The notes below the pieces were generated by a model. That model was not told where the DNA came from, searched no databases, and saw only the letters and a list, made by a program, of their open reading frames with translations. Made by a program: the position numbers and the translations under genes. This document shows, piece after piece, positions 47,509-61,282 of a stretch of 64,000 nt of DNA (position 1 is the stretch's first letter; each line of letters starts with the position of its first letter). The stretch covers positions 1 to 64,000 of the forward strand of contig NIVC01000736.1 in assembly GCA_002269645.1 (NCBI GenBank), in the 5' to 3' direction. This DNA is from Macrostomum lignano (taxonomy: Eukaryota).

Positions 47509-48172
47509 CGAGCCGAGGGCAGATCCGGTAAACAAGCAAATCTTCAGGGCGAGCCGAGGGCAGATCCGGTAAACAAGCAAATCTTCAGGGCGATCCGAGG
47601 GCAGATCCGGTAAACAAGCAAATCTTCAGTGCGAGCCGAGGGCAGATCCGGTAAACAAGCAAATCTTCAGGGCGATCCGAGGGCAGATCCGGTAAACAAG
47701 CAAATCTTCAGGGCGAGCCGAGGGCAGATCCGGTAAACAAGCAAATCTTCAGGGCGATCCGAGGGCAGATCCGGTAAACAAGCAAATCTTCAGGGCGATC
47801 CGAGGGCAGATCCGGTAAACAAGCAAATCTTCAGGGCGAGCCGAGGGCAGATCCGGTAAACAAGCAAATCTTCAGGGCGATCCGAGGGCAGATCCGGTAA
47901 ACAAGCAAATCTTCAGGGCGAGCCGAGGGCAGATCCGGTAAACAAGCAAATCTTCAGGGCGATCCGAGGGCAGATCCGGTAAACAAGCAAATCTTCAGGG
48001 CGAGCCGAGGGCAGATCCGGTAAACAAGCAAATCTTCAGGGCGATCCGAGGGCAGATCCGGTAAACAAGCAAATCTTCAGGGCGAGCCGAGGGCAGATCC
48101 GGTAAACAAGCAAATCTTCAGGGCGAGCCGAGGGCAGATCCGGTAAACAAGCAAATCTTCAGGGCGATCCGA
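47509..48172. repeat. 41-bp tandem repeat, about 16 copies
   Basis: Unit gagggcagatccggtaaacaagcaaatcttcagggcga(g/t)cc. Confidence 0.97.
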
Positions 48173-48218
48173 GGACACTTCGAGTTGGAAGCCAAGAGTG
48201 TGTACTGCAGGCTCAAGG

Positions 48219-48340
48219 ATGTCAGCCATGCAGAGTCTCATCCGGGATGTGGTCCGAAAGCAGGCTAGCGAGGACAGCGACGACTCCGGCGAGATGATGA
48301 TGCCGGGCGCAGCCTCCGCCAGCTCCGGCCTGCTTGACGA
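48219..48340 (+). CDS. Candidate variable first exon A (MSAMQSLIRDVVRKQASEDSDDSG...SGLLDE)
   Basis: Open frame ending GAC GA|GTGAGT (phase 2); tactgcag acceptor just upstream. Confidence 0.5.
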
Positions 48341-48821
48341 GTGAGTTTATTTTTTTGCGATTGGATTTCATTCTTTCCGGTGCAAAAGTTATTCTCGAGT
48401 GCAAAAGCCCCAAAAAGGAACAATTTGTGTGCACTGCGAGTGTTTTATTAAAAATCAATTTATCGATCCACCGAGAGACTCTCTGATCTGCGGAGCTTCC
48501 CGAAAGCAGTAAAAGAAAAACGATCGACGCAGGAATCAGAAAGTCGGCGAAAAAGTGCGCGCTGAGTGTGGCGTCGGCCAGTGCGTCCAATTAAAAAAGC
48601 CGCGCTACTGCCGGCCGGTCCTGCCGCTCTCTCCGCTTGATTGCCGATCCGTTTAAACAGCTGACAGCAAAGGACTGGGGGGTCTTCCCGTTCGAGAGCT
48701 GTTGTTAATCAATCAGTCAGGCGGTCAAGAAACCGGCTGGCAGCTGAAAACAAGGGGGGGTTCTGTTTCGCCCAGCAATTATTTGAGAATTTCTAGTGGC
48801 AAGTAAGAGAACGGATACTAT

Positions 48822-49815
48822 AGGGGAGAGAAGGGTAGAGAAGGGGAGAGAAGGGTAGAGAAGGGTAGAGAAGGGGAGAGAAGGGAGAGAAGGATAGAGA
48901 AGGGAAGAGAAGGGAAGAGAAGGGTAGAGAAGGGCAGAGAAGGGAGAGAAGGGAGAGAAGGGTAGAGAACGGCAGAGAAGGGAGAGAAGGGCGAGAATGG
49001 AAGAGAAGGGTAGAGAAGGGTAGAGAAGGGGAGAGAAGGGGAGAGAAGGGAGAGAAGGGAGAGGAGGGAAGAGAAGGGAGAGAAGGGAGAGAAGGATAGA
49101 GAAGGGGAGAGAAGGGGAGAGAAGGGAGAGGAGGGAAGAGAAGGGAGAGAAGGGAGAGAAGGATAGAGAAGGGGAGAGAAGGGAGAGAAGGGAGAGAAGG
49201 GGAGAGAAGGGGAGAGAAGGGAGAGAAGGGAAGAGAAGGGTAGAGAAGGGGAGAGAAGGGGAGAGAAGGGAGAGAAGGGTAGAGAAGGGTAGAGAAGGGG
49301 AGAGAAGGGGAGAGAAGGAAGAGAAGGGAGAGAAGGATAGAGAAGGGGAGAGAAGGGGAGAGAAGGGGAGAGAAGGGAGAGAAGGGAGAGAAGGATAGAG
49401 AAGGGGAGAGAAGGGGAGAGAAGGGAGAGGAGGGAGAGAAGGAGAGAGAAGGGGAGAGAAGGGAGAGAAGGGGAGAGAAGGGGAGAGAAGGGAGAGAAGG
49501 GAGAGAAGGGGAGAGAAGGGAGAGAAGGGAGAGAAGGGTAGAGAACGGCAGAGAAGGGAGAGAAGGGCGAGAATGGAAGAGAAGGGTAGAGAAGGGTAGA
49601 GAAGGGGAGAGAAGGGGAGAGAAGGGAGAGGAGGGAAGAGAAGGGAGAGAAGGGAGAGAAGGATAGAGAAGGGGAGAGAAGGGGAGAGAAGGGAGAGGAG
49701 GGAAGAGAAGGGAGAGAAGGGAGAGAAGGATAGAGAAGGGGAGAGAAGGGAGAGAAGGGAGAGAAGGGGAGAGAAGGGGAGAGAAGGCAGAGAAGGGAGA
49801 GAAGGAGAGAAGAGG
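48822..49815. repeat. Polypurine (GAGAAGG)n-like array
   Basis: About 1 kb almost exclusively A/G on the plus strand. Confidence 0.97.
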
Positions 49816-50383
49816 AGTCGGTCTAGAGTAGTGATCAGATGATAGACAGGCTGACAGATACGGCAAGTCCCTGGCGCCGAGCCAGCCGCTCGCTGAAATT
49901 TTATGGATTAAGGATTCAAGCCTCCCCAAACTGATGGGATTGACCCGCCTTGGTGACAGCAGCTGCGGCAAACTTCTAAAATTCAGTTCTGAGGCCGCAG
50001 AGGTCCGTGGGGTCTCCGGCCCTAAAAACGGCCTGAGACATGCAGCAAGTGCGTCACGCAAGCTGTGGCTTCTGGTGGCTCAGCAAACTGAATTATGAAT
50101 TGTTTTTTTGGCTGAGTGATCCCCTACCTGAGCCCGCACTGATCCTCCGGGACTGGGAGATTTCTGCGCCTCGTTGGAGCAGCACTTTTGGGAGCTGGAA
50201 TTACAAAATCGTGCTCATCCCAGTTTCTCTGTCTGCTTACTTTTTTAATGGAAAAATTCTCTGCTCCTAATAAAGTCCTTCGTACGCTCACAAGCTGACT
50301 CTATCCATCTGACACTATATCTATCTGACACTACATGTATATCCATCTGACACTATATCCACCTGACACTATATTAACCTGAC

Positions 50384-51821
50384 ACTCAGGATTCGGGACT
50401 CAGGATTCGGGACTCAGGATTCGGGACTCAGGATTCGGGACTCAGGATTCGGGACTCAGGATTCGGGACTCAGGATTCGGGACTCAGGATTCGGGACTCA
50501 GGATTCGGGACTCAGGATTCGGGACTCAGGATTCGGGACTCAGGATTCGGGACTCAGGATTCGGGACTCAGGATTCGGGACTCAGGATTCGGGACTCAGG
50601 ATTCGGGACTCAGGATTCGGGACTCAGGATTCGGGACTCAGGATTCGGGACTCAGGATTCGGGACTCAGGATTCGGGACTCAGGATTCGGGACTCAGGAT
50701 TCGGGACTCAGGATTCGGGACTCAGGATTCGGGACTCAGGATTCGGGACTCAGGATTCGGGACTCAGGATTCGGGACTCAGGATTCGGGACTCAGGATTC
50801 GGGACTCAGGATTCGGGACTCAGGATTCGGGACTCAGGATTCGGGACTCAGGATTCGGGACTCAGGATTCGGGACTCAGGATTCGGGACTCAGGATTCGG
50901 GACTCAGGATTCGGGACTCAGGATTCGGGACTCAGGATTCGGGACTCAGGATTCGGGACTCAGGATTCGGGACTCAGGATTCGGGACTCAGGATTCGGGA
51001 CTCAGGATTCGGGACTCAGGATTCGGGACTCAGGATTCGGGACTCAGGATTCGGGACTCAGGATTCGGGACTCAGGATTCGGGACTCAGGATTCGGGACT
51101 CAGGATTCGGGACTCAGGATTCGGGACTCAGGATTCGGGACTCAGGATTCGGGACTCAGGATTCGGGACTCAGGATTCGGGACTCAGGATTCGGGACTCA
51201 GGATTCGGGACTCAGGATTCGGGACTCAGGATTCGGGACTCAGGATTCGGGACTCAGGATTCGGGACTCAGGATTCGGGACTCAGGATTCGGGACTCAGG
51301 ATTCGGGACTCAGGATTCGGGACTCAGGATTCGGGACTCAGGATTCGGGACTCAGGATTCGGGACTCAGGATTCGGGACTCAGGATTCGGGACTCAGGAT
51401 TCGGGACTCAGGATTCGGGACTCAGGATTCGGGACTCAGGATTCGGGACTCAGGATTCGGGACTCAGGATTCGGGACTCAGGATTCGGGACTCAGGATTC
51501 GGGACTCAGGATTCGGGACTCAGGATTCGGGACTCAGGATTCGGGACTCAGGATTCGGGACTCAGGATTCGGGACTCAGGATTCGGGACTCAGGATTCGG
51601 GACTCAGGATTCGGGACTCAGGATTCGGGACTCAGGATTCGGGACTCAGGATTCGGGACTCAGGATTCGGGACTCAGGATTCGGGACTCAGGATTCGGGA
51701 CTCAGGATTCGGGACTCAGGATTCGGGACTCAGGATTCGGGACTCAGGATTCGGGACTCAGGATTCGGGACTCAGGATTCGGGACTCAGGATTCGGGACT
51801 CAGGATTCGGGACTCAGGATT
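50384..51821. repeat. 14-bp satellite ACTCAGGATTCGGG, about 102 copies
   Basis: No variant unit seen by eye. Confidence 0.98.
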
Positions 51822-52294
51822 TGAGACTAGCTTGTACTATAGACAGAAATGTCAACTCAATCGTCACGAGAAGTGCAGCTCCCCCCGGTTTATGCCGTGT
51901 TCACCCCGCCAGCTCTCGGCACTGACAGGCGGCCCTAAAAGAAAACTCCTCCAGCGGGGATCACCCAGCTGATTGATGGCTACACATCAGAAAAATCGCA
52001 TCCCAAGCCGAATCGAATGCAAACAGCTCGAAATGCACTCTAAGCGGGGGCGCTGAGGCCCGCGGTGAGATGCAGAGCTGGAATATTGAGCCCTAGGTGA
52101 GCACTGCGGGGTGAAATGAGATCGGCTTTCATTCCCCGCAGCGGCGATGTGATAATAAAACATCAGGAATGGGGGCTGATGAGGCAGGACGGGAGCGTGA
52201 TGAGGAAGGGAAATGAACCGGCTGCTGAATGAAGTGAAATTGCTTTTTCTTGCTCTGCTGTTACTCTGAGTTCTTATTAGATACTAATAATGAG

Positions 52295-52822
52295 CGAGTG
52301 TCAGGTAGGCTCTGCAGTGAGTGTCAGGTAGGCTCTGCAGCGAGTGTCAGGTAGGCTCTGCAGCGAGTGTCAGGTAGGCTCTGCAGCGAGTGTCAGGTAG
52401 GCTTTGCAGTGAGTGTCAGGTAGGCTCTGCAGTGAGTGTCAGGTAGGCTCTGCAGTGAGTGTCAGGTAGGCTCTGCAGTGAGTGTCAGGTAGGCTTTGCA
52501 GCGAGTGTCAGGTAGGCTCTGCAGTGAGTGTCAGGTAGGCTCTGCAGTGAGTGTCAGGTAGGCTCTGCAGTGAGTGTCAGGTAGGCTCTCTGCAGTGAGT
52601 GTCAGGTAGGCTCTGCAGCGAGTGTCAGGTAGGCTCTGCAGTTAGTGTCAGGTAGGCTCTGCAGTGAGTGTCAGGTAGGCTCTGCAGTGAGTGTCAGGTA
52701 GGTTCTCTGCAGTGAGTGTCAGGTAGGCTCTGAAGTGAGTGTCAGGTAGGCTCTGCAGTGAGTGTCAGGTAGGCTCTGAAGTGAGTGTCAGGTAGGCTCT
52801 GCAGTGAGTGTCAGGTAGGCTC
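52295..52822. repeat. 23-bp minisatellite (gagtgtcaggtaggctctgcagt)
   Basis: Directly visible. Confidence 0.96.
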
Positions 52823-53649
52823 TATAAAACTGACTGGTGAGCTGAGCTGCTCAAAACGAGAGTTATCGGTGCGGACGGGCTGCTTGAGCTGTTACTGCAG
52901 CCTGGGTGAATGCCAGGCCTTTGGCGGCAAGTTTGCTGCCTGCGCTGCCCTCTCGCTCTGTCACCCTCCCGGTGACTGATGTCGGCGGCTTCATCTGCTG
53001 GACGCAGCCAGCCGCACGTGGAAGCGGAAGTCAACAGAAAAAAAATGTCAGGACGGAAGTTTGTCGGCCGCTCTGAGCGCTCCGCATCTGACAAGTTTTT
53101 TTCTATCACTGGCTTGGGAAGCTGCGGTGGGAGGAAAAAGGCCGCGCCTCATCGTTCTTTGAGTTCAAGCGTGACCTAATTCGCCCATTGTGTGAGCCGG
53201 GCCCGGCCCCGGGAGGGCTTTGAGCTGCTCAAGGCAACGCTTTTCCGTGCTCAAAGATCCGCTGCCAAGGCGACTTGAGCAGGACAGCGGGTTTTTTTAT
53301 AGCAACCGCGCTTTGTTAGATCGGGCTGGGTGGAGATTGATGATGATGGCACTGGCAGTGCCGCCAGCCTAAACTTTGCCGAGAGAAAGCGGTGTAAACT
53401 GATGAGCTCGAGTCTGCAACATACTACTGATAATAGTAGCAATGCACGATTGTAAGTTTGTGTTAACTGTTGAGCTGCAATGATTCAATATCTGTTGGGA
53501 AGAAGTCATGGGATCAGGCTGATGGGATCAGGCGCCATTGGGTCAAGAGGTTCTTTGGGACAGGATAGCAATTCAGCCCTCGATTAGGTCAGAAAGTTTA
53601 GCTTAGCTTAGTCCGGGTTCGTCAGTTTACCGGTAGATCATGCTCGTCA

Positions 53650-54000
53650 GTTTAGGTTCAGTCCGGTCAGTTTAGGTCAGGCGCGTCAGTTTATGTCCGG
53701 CGTGTCAGTTTAGGTCAGACGGGTCAGTTTAGGTCAGATGGGTCAGTTTAGGTCAGATGGGTCAGTTTAGGTCAGACGGGTCAGTTTAGGTCAGACGGGT
53801 CAGTTTAGGTCAGACGGGTCAGTTTAGGTCAGATGGGTCAGTTTAGGTCAGACGGGTCAGTTTAGGTCAGACGGGTCAGTTTAGGTCAGACGGGTCAGTT
53901 TAGGTCAGATGGGTCAGTTTAGGTCAGACGGGTCAGTTTAGGTCAGACGGGTCAGTTTAGGTCAGACGGGTCAGTTTAGGTCAGGCGGGTCAGTTTAGGT
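53650..54000. repeat. 19-bp minisatellite (gtcagtttaggtcagacgg)
   Basis: Directly visible. Confidence 0.95.
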
Positions 54001-54742
54001 CCACCAGGGCCCTCGGTGGCGGATCAGTGAGGCCTTTCAGCAGAAACAGGATAGGGGAAGTGATTGGCGATATTATCCGGCACAAATCCTCATCAGGGGA
54101 GCTGGTCTCGCGCATTACTCACCGTGATTACACGCATTTCCTACAGTAGAAAATCCGCCTTACCGGCGAGTTTTAGCACGGAGGCCTCCGCGCGGCCCGC
54201 CCCCGAGGCTCCGAGAACATTTCATTTCTCGCTGGAGTGCCTCAAAAACAGCCGGGCGGGTCCCGCAGTTCGAGCCACTCAAAGAGACCGGCAAGGAGGG
54301 GCAGGGGGCTTCTCTTCTCATTTTCCCTTACTTATTTCCCTGGCTCCGACTTCCCACAACTCCTTTTGCCGGGAGTTTAGAGAGAGGGGGTGGGGCGCCG
54401 AAACTCGAATCCGACTGATTGCCTCGGCGAGAATTCCCACGGGCTGAGTTCGAGTAATAAGCTGCTATCATAATGAGCTGCTATCATGCCCTCCGCTGTT
54501 ATTGTATCCGCGAGCCGCAGAAACTCGCAGTTCTTGACAACAGGCGCGGCGGAGATTCGAGACTTATCGAGCTCCCAGCTTCTGAGAAGGAGAACAGAGA
54601 GGCCAGGGCGGGGGGGGGTCAAGCCGCGGGAAACCGGGACTTCGCGGCTCGATTATCAATTCCCAAGCCGGCTGAAGTTTGAAGGCTGGTTGCTTCAATA
54701 TTTATGCCCCGGGCTTGCGGACAGATGAGCACGGGACAGCAG

Positions 54743-54744
<2 letters not shown>

Positions 54745-54813
<69 letters not shown>
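54745..54813. repeat. (TC)n microsatellite
   Basis: Lies about 130 bp upstream of candidate exon B. Confidence 0.97.
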
Positions 54814-54821
<8 letters not shown>

Positions 54822-54942
54822 CACACGGCTGGGACAGTTGGCCAATGGGAATCTCCGGGTGGGCGAGGCCCGGGTTGTCAATAAAAAGCCTTGAAGCTCT
54901 GCGTCAACCGAAGGGCTGGGAAGACCGCACTCGAGCAGCTCC

Positions 54943-55214
54943 ATGGCCAAGCTCCTGGCAGCCAAGCATCTGCTCAGAGGCGGCAGCTGCGGCGGCAGCG
55001 GCGATTGGTCAACGGAATGCGAATGGGCCATCCAGGCCGCGGCGGCTGCAACCGGAGGCGGGGCGGCCGGCGGTCTCGGCGGCAGGCAGGCGAGCACCGA
55101 CAGCGGCCAGTCCTCGGTGGGTGGCGGCTCCGGCCTCGGCGGCACCAGCCGGGAGCGGACCGAGTCTGTGGACTCCGGGCGGAGCCACTCGCGCGAGAAA
55201 GCGCTGCTGGACGA
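54943..55214 (+). CDS. Candidate variable first exon B (MAKLLAAKHLL...RQASTDSG...KALLDE)
   Basis: GC-rich ORF with an upstream in-frame stop, ending GAC GA|GTGAGA (phase 2). Confidence 0.6.
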
Positions 55215-55809
55215 GTGAGAAGGGCCGCTGGGAATGGAGGGGCGCTGAGGGGCGTTGAGTAGCTCAGATTTAAAAAATCCTCGGAACTCGTCATCGACGG
55301 TGACCTGAAGTATAGAGTCGAGTTTACTTTTAAAGCCACGAGAACATTCGGCATCAGGGAAGGTCATGGAAGGTCAGGAGCGGCTTGTTGTTGATAAGTG
55401 GGAAACTACGAATAACTGACGGAGTGACAGACTCAGATATTAAGCAACTGGACCACAAAAAGCAGAAGACTCGTCCTTTTATCGTAATTTTCTGCCTGCC
55501 TCTTCATTTCCCATTTATTGCTGGCAGCCAGGCAGGCCGTGGGAGAAAATTCCTCAATTCCCTCAACTTCCTCATCGCCCGTCTGTCTGCCTCTAAGCGT
55601 ATTTTGCTGAATGCAAAAATTACTGGGAATTCAAGTGACTTTCCTCAGCCGGGGTCGGGTGCCGGAATTTCCCCTGGCAACGACGAAATATTAATATTTG
55701 TGCAGATGCAGTTATCGGCAAGATATGGGAGGGGGGATCGTTGTTGCTGCTGCTGCCTCGGTTAGGGGACAAGTGGAGCCGCTCCTGCTTGGGGAGTTTT
55801 AGGCAACGG

Positions 55810-56010
55810 GGCTTCAGGGAATTTTCTTCAGGGACCGCACCGACCCTTCAGGGACCGCCCGATCTTTCAGGGACAACCCGATCCTTCAGGGACAACCCAA
55901 TCCTTCAAGGACCGCCCAATACTTCAGGGACCACCCAATACTCCAGTGACCGCCCAATCCTTCAGGGACCGCCTGATCCTTCAGGGATCACCCAATCCTT
56001 CAGGGACCAC
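55810..56010. repeat. Imperfect repeat (ccttcagggaccgcccgatc core)
   Basis: Several degenerate copies. Confidence 0.8.
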
Positions 56011-56759
56011 CCTGAACTCCACCCTGACCTCCCCAATTCTTCAGAAGCTGTCCCGATCCTTCCGGGAGCCATCAAATCTCATTATAGCTCGCGGGCTGCC
56101 ACAGCCGCTTGTAATCTCACTCAAGGCGTGAGAAAGCAGCCAGCGCTCCCACACGCCGCCCCCATCGATCTTGGGAAATCCGACACCCATCGCCGCTCGG
56201 TTTTCCTGAAAAATTCTTACGAAAAAGTTGCAAACTTCGCTGCCACCTAATTCAGCTCTTCCTTCTAAAAGCAAATTCTTGTGACCGTGCTGTGATCTGG
56301 CAATTCGATCTGGTTTAGGAAATAATGAGAACCTATGAGAACTTTCTTTCACTGGGGGAGCCGCGGAGTCCGTGAAAGTCTCTGCCCCGTCCATCCCCTC
56401 TCGCCCCATCTCCCCAGCTCAAGCCGCGTTGCAACGGACCGCTGATTCGAGCTGAGAGGCCCTCCAGCCACTCCATTGTGAAGCCAAGCTTGACCCCCCC
56501 CCGAGCCTCCGTTCTCCGGGTGGCTCTTCCGGGTTGGGAAGCTGGGCCTCATCTCCCACCAAATCATCTCCTTTTCTGTTCCTGCAGCCCAAGGGGCCCT
56601 CTGTCCCGCTCAATTCATTTGCTGCAGTGCACGGCATCCCGCCGGAGTCAATCAGACCAGCGGCTAATCAGATACAATAATTGCCCCCGGACCGCCGCCT
56701 CCGCACCGCCCTGTCTCTCCGTGCTCTGCGCACCTCTGCATCTCTCACGTACTTAATTC

Positions 56760-57170
56760 CCATCTTCCCAGCTCCTCTTCTTACCATCCCCCATCTCCCT
56801 ATTCTCTCATCTCCCCATCTTCCCATCTCCCTTTCTCCCCATCTTCCCATCTGCCATCTTCCCATATTCCCATCTCCCCATATTCCCAATTCCCATCTCC
56901 CCATCTTCCCATCTCCCCATATCCCCATATTCCCATATTCCCATCTCCCCATATTCCCATCTCCCTATCTCCTCATCCCCCCATATCCCCATATTCCCAT
57001 ATTCCCATCTCCCCATATTCCCATCTCCCCATCTCCTCATCCACCCATATCCCCATATTCCCATATTCCCATCTCCCCATATTCCCATCTCCCCATCTCC
57101 TCATCCCCCCATATCCCCATATTCCCATATTCCCATCTCCCCATCTCCCCATCTCCCTATCTCCCCATAG
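56760..57170. repeat. CCCATATT/CCCATCTC low-complexity array
   Basis: Directly visible. Confidence 0.93.
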
Positions 57171-58209
57171 CTCCTGCATGCTCTGGCCTGCCTCACCAGG
57201 CTCACCTACCTCTTAATTAAGTCTGACTCCCTTGGAATGCAGCTGTCCATGAGTTCAAATTGTAACTCAAAAATCACGCGACTCAGCCTCAATTAAGAGG
57301 GCAGCACTTGTCTCAAGCATGACGCGTTGCCCCGACTTGAAAAGAAGTTCATCTTTTACTTTCTTCTTCTCCTTCTTGAAGAGCTCATCGCGGTTGCGCA
57401 TCACCTGTCCGCCTGTTCAATGAGGACTTCAGCTTAGGCAGGAATTCCTGCTCAAGTCTTTTTGTGTGCGCGTAGGCGGTGCAGAATCCGGAGAGAAGTT
57501 TATTACGAGATTTAATCCCCAGCTATTTTGCTCGGAAAGCTCGGACATCTTAATTAATCTCCAGAATAATTTCGCATCGACTGGTTTCTCATAATATAGA
57601 AACCGCTATTCATTAGCGTTATGCCTATTTCACAGTCTACTTCACTAATAAATCCTACAGTTGAAATGCTCTACTGCCTACTACTAGTAAGTAAGATGGA
57701 AATTCAAGTGTATTGGCAGCAATTTGCACTTGATTCATGTCTGCTGCTGAGATCTGTCGCAAAAAATGGCGGGAGCTGTTGTCGGGCATCCATCACTGAC
57801 TACAATGCGGCCGCTCCATCATTCTGAATATGGAAGGTGTCACGCTCTGACTGGCTGCCCCATCCCCAAACACTGATGGCTCAGCATTTATGGAATGAAT
57901 AACTCGCGTGCGAGCGGGGCGGAGGCTGCCAGATGTACAATCATTGGTCATCGGCGCCTCCGAGAGCCCCGGCCTGGCTCAAATCTCGCACAAACTCCTC
58001 ACGGCCTGTGCTCCAAGCATCATTCCCAGCCAAGATGGGACAAAAATCCCCATCTCCCTTCCCCCGGGTTTCCCTTCCTCTGCCGAACCCCCCCTCGCCT
58101 CCGGCACGCGTATAACAAACAGCGGTTCTCCCAGAAATCCTTGCCATTTATTCGCCCTCCATCTGCGGTCTCCTCGTCTGAGTCCCCCAACCCCCGGCTC
58201 GCGTCTAAC

Positions 58210-58412
58210 ATGCCGACCTGCAAGAGCCGCATCAGCAAGTCTGCCTCGAACCACAGCCTCTCCGCCAGCAGCTGCGGCTCCCTCAGCGACAGCGGCAGCT
58301 TTTTCGAGGACGTATCAGCGTCGCTGTGGAGCCTCTATCTGGACTACGCGGCCAGCGGTGACTCGGCCGAGCGAGAGGCCGAGGCGGCGGCCGCTGACAG
58401 CCGCAGTAGAAA
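58210..58412 (+). CDS. Candidate variable first exon C (MPTCKSRISKSASNHSLS...DSRSR)
   Basis: GC-rich Ser-rich ORF ending AGA AA|GTGAGA (phase 2). Confidence 0.55.
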
Positions 58413-58724
58413 GTGAGACGCAGACTCGAGCCGCTTAGTGAGGGCTGGCGGCGGCCTCGGGCCTCCTGGCAGTTTCGACTCATCCTGGTGTATTTTATAG
58501 GGGTCAAGCGTACTTAACGCCCTTCAAGTTTCAAGTTCGCGTCAAGTTCGTACTATCGTGACTTCAGTTAATGGGTCATAAACTAAAGTTCAAGTTCGAG
58601 CGCAGAGATACTCCCAGGCAGTGTAGCAACTTTTGGCGTACAGGTTCTTGCGCCATTCTCTGGGCTCTCCCTTGTCGTTTGGGCGCCACTTCTTGCACCA
58701 CTTTCGTCACCATGTCTGTCGGTA

Positions 58725-58895
58725 CCGCCATATCTACCAGCCATATCTACCAGCCATATCTACCGCCATATCTACCGCCATATCTACCGCCATATCTACC
58801 GCCATATCTACCGCCATATCTACTGCTATCTATCGCCATACCTACCGCCATATCTACCGCCATACCTACCAATATATCTACCGCCATATCTACCG
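58725..58895. repeat. 12-bp repeat (ccgccatatcta)
   Basis: Directly visible. Confidence 0.93.
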
Positions 58896-59487
58896 CCGCT
58901 TTCACTTCCTGACTCATTAATTTTTAGCACTTATGGGTAAGAGATTAGCGAAAATTGGCTTTTTTTTAAATTTAAGTTCAAACTTCAGGTGCTGCTGCTG
59001 CTGCTGATATTTAAGTCAGAAAAATAGATCTCCCATTTCCCAATCATCATTATCTCCCAACTCCCTGAAGCCTAATTATATTAGCTGGTTATTAATTTAT
59101 TTTCCGGATATCCCCAAAGAACAGCACGCAGTCACTAACAGGCAATAATAGGCGATTGCTAAAGAGTCCGGAGGACGGGCTGCCTCTTCACAAATTCTTC
59201 TTAAATGATGATTTTTTGCCTTTCACGCCAGAGCTCAGCTGAGAACTGCAAAGCCCCCCCCGTGGACTGCTTCAGTGGGCAGAGAGGGTTCTGCTCGCCC
59301 GGTTGGACAGCTAATCAGCTGGGAATAACCGGCGCCTGGCAACTCACAGAATACCTATTCCGCTTCCATGGGGATTAAGGGCTGGGAGGATTAGCTCAAC
59401 AGCCGCATGCGATAGGTGAGCCCCCGTGGCCTAAGGCAGATAAGACAACTTGGTGCTGGGATTCGCGGCAATTTTTATCGATCCATT

Positions 59488-60128
<641 letters not shown>

Positions 60129-60377
60129 AGTCAGCAATAAAAAGATTTGGAAAAAATAGAGCATTTGCAATACATACTACTGTTTAACCAACCACAAACA
60201 AATAAGTAGGGCATCGTGTTTTTAAAGTCTATACTTCATATAAGTTTTACCTCAGCAGTCATCAGCAGGCCGTTTATCTGAATTAAAATTTGAGCTTTCT
60301 TGTGAGGAAGGCAGTGAGGGAAGAACTGATGGACTACTTAACCACTTTCTAGACGCTACTTTAGTCATCCTTGAAGT

Positions 60378-60632
60378 GGTGAGGCAGGCAGTGAGGCAGG
60401 CAATGAGGCAGGCAGTGAGGCAGGCAGTGAGGCAGGCAGTGAGGCAGGCAGACAGTGAGGCAGGCAGTGAGGCAGGCAATGAGGCAGGCAGTGAGGCAGG
60501 CAGTGAGGCAGGCAGTGAGGCAGGCAGGCAGTGAGACAGGCAGTGAGGCAGACAGTGAGGCAGTCAGTGAGGCAGGCAGTGAGGCAGGCAGTGAGGCAGG
60601 CAGTGAGGCAGGCAGTGAGGCAGTCAGTGAGG
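60378..60632. repeat. 12-bp repeat (gaggcaggcagt)
   Basis: Directly visible. Confidence 0.95.
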
Positions 60633-61013
60633 TAGACAGCGAAGTATTTAGTGAGGGCATGGTACAGCTTGGGGCTGGGGTAGTTCAGCCCTCATAAATG
60701 TCCTAAACTAGCATTTTGCTACAAACAGCCAGCCAATCCCAACAGTGAAACAGGGACAGTCATGTCAGCCCCGTCACATTCCATTTCCCACGCATCGCTC
60801 TGGCATCCCTTGAAAGGCCTCCGTGGCTTCCCAGAGGGCCGCAGGAATGTGCGGAATTTCCGGCGCGCCTGGTCCAATCCCACAAAGCCAGACAGGAGCC
60901 CAATCCCGGACCGCCTCAGCCCCATTCCCGGCGCTGCAATGGGGAAAATATCCCGAGAAGTGGCAGGCCGGCAAGACTGTTGAGCCGGCAGAAGTCCCGC
61001 GGATCCCAACAAG

Positions 61014-61282
61014 ATGGACAAGCAGCATCTCCACGGCTCGGACAAGAACGCGCCGCCGTCTCCCAGCCGATTTCGGACGCGTCGAAATGCCGCCGTCTTC
61101 CTGGTGGAGACGGACCAGGATCAGGAGGAGGCCGAGGCAGCCGCCGCGGCGGTCACTGCTGCCGAGAGCATTGCCGACTCGGCCGAAAATGCCGCTGCCA
61201 CGCCAGGTGATCCGCCAAGTGGACGATCGACAAGCGGCAGCGGTGGTGGTGGCCGTCGGCTTTCTAGGCGGGGCCGTAACGG
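61014..61282 (+). CDS. Candidate variable first exon D (MDKQHLHG...RTRRNAAVFLVE...RRLSRRGRN)
   Basis: GC-rich ORF ending AAC GG|GTGAGC (phase 2). Confidence 0.6.

Noticed and set aside
46877-47531. Further exons or a gene near 47 kb
   Set aside because: Several short ORFs and one GTGAGT on the minus strand, but no recognisable domain or consistent exon chain.
48793-50061. 422-aa Ser/Pro/Leu-rich ORF
   Set aside because: Reverse complement of the polypurine array.
52979-53179. Sixth variable first exon
   Set aside because: The ORF ends in TAA, and the nearby GTGAGC donor is out of frame and after the stop.
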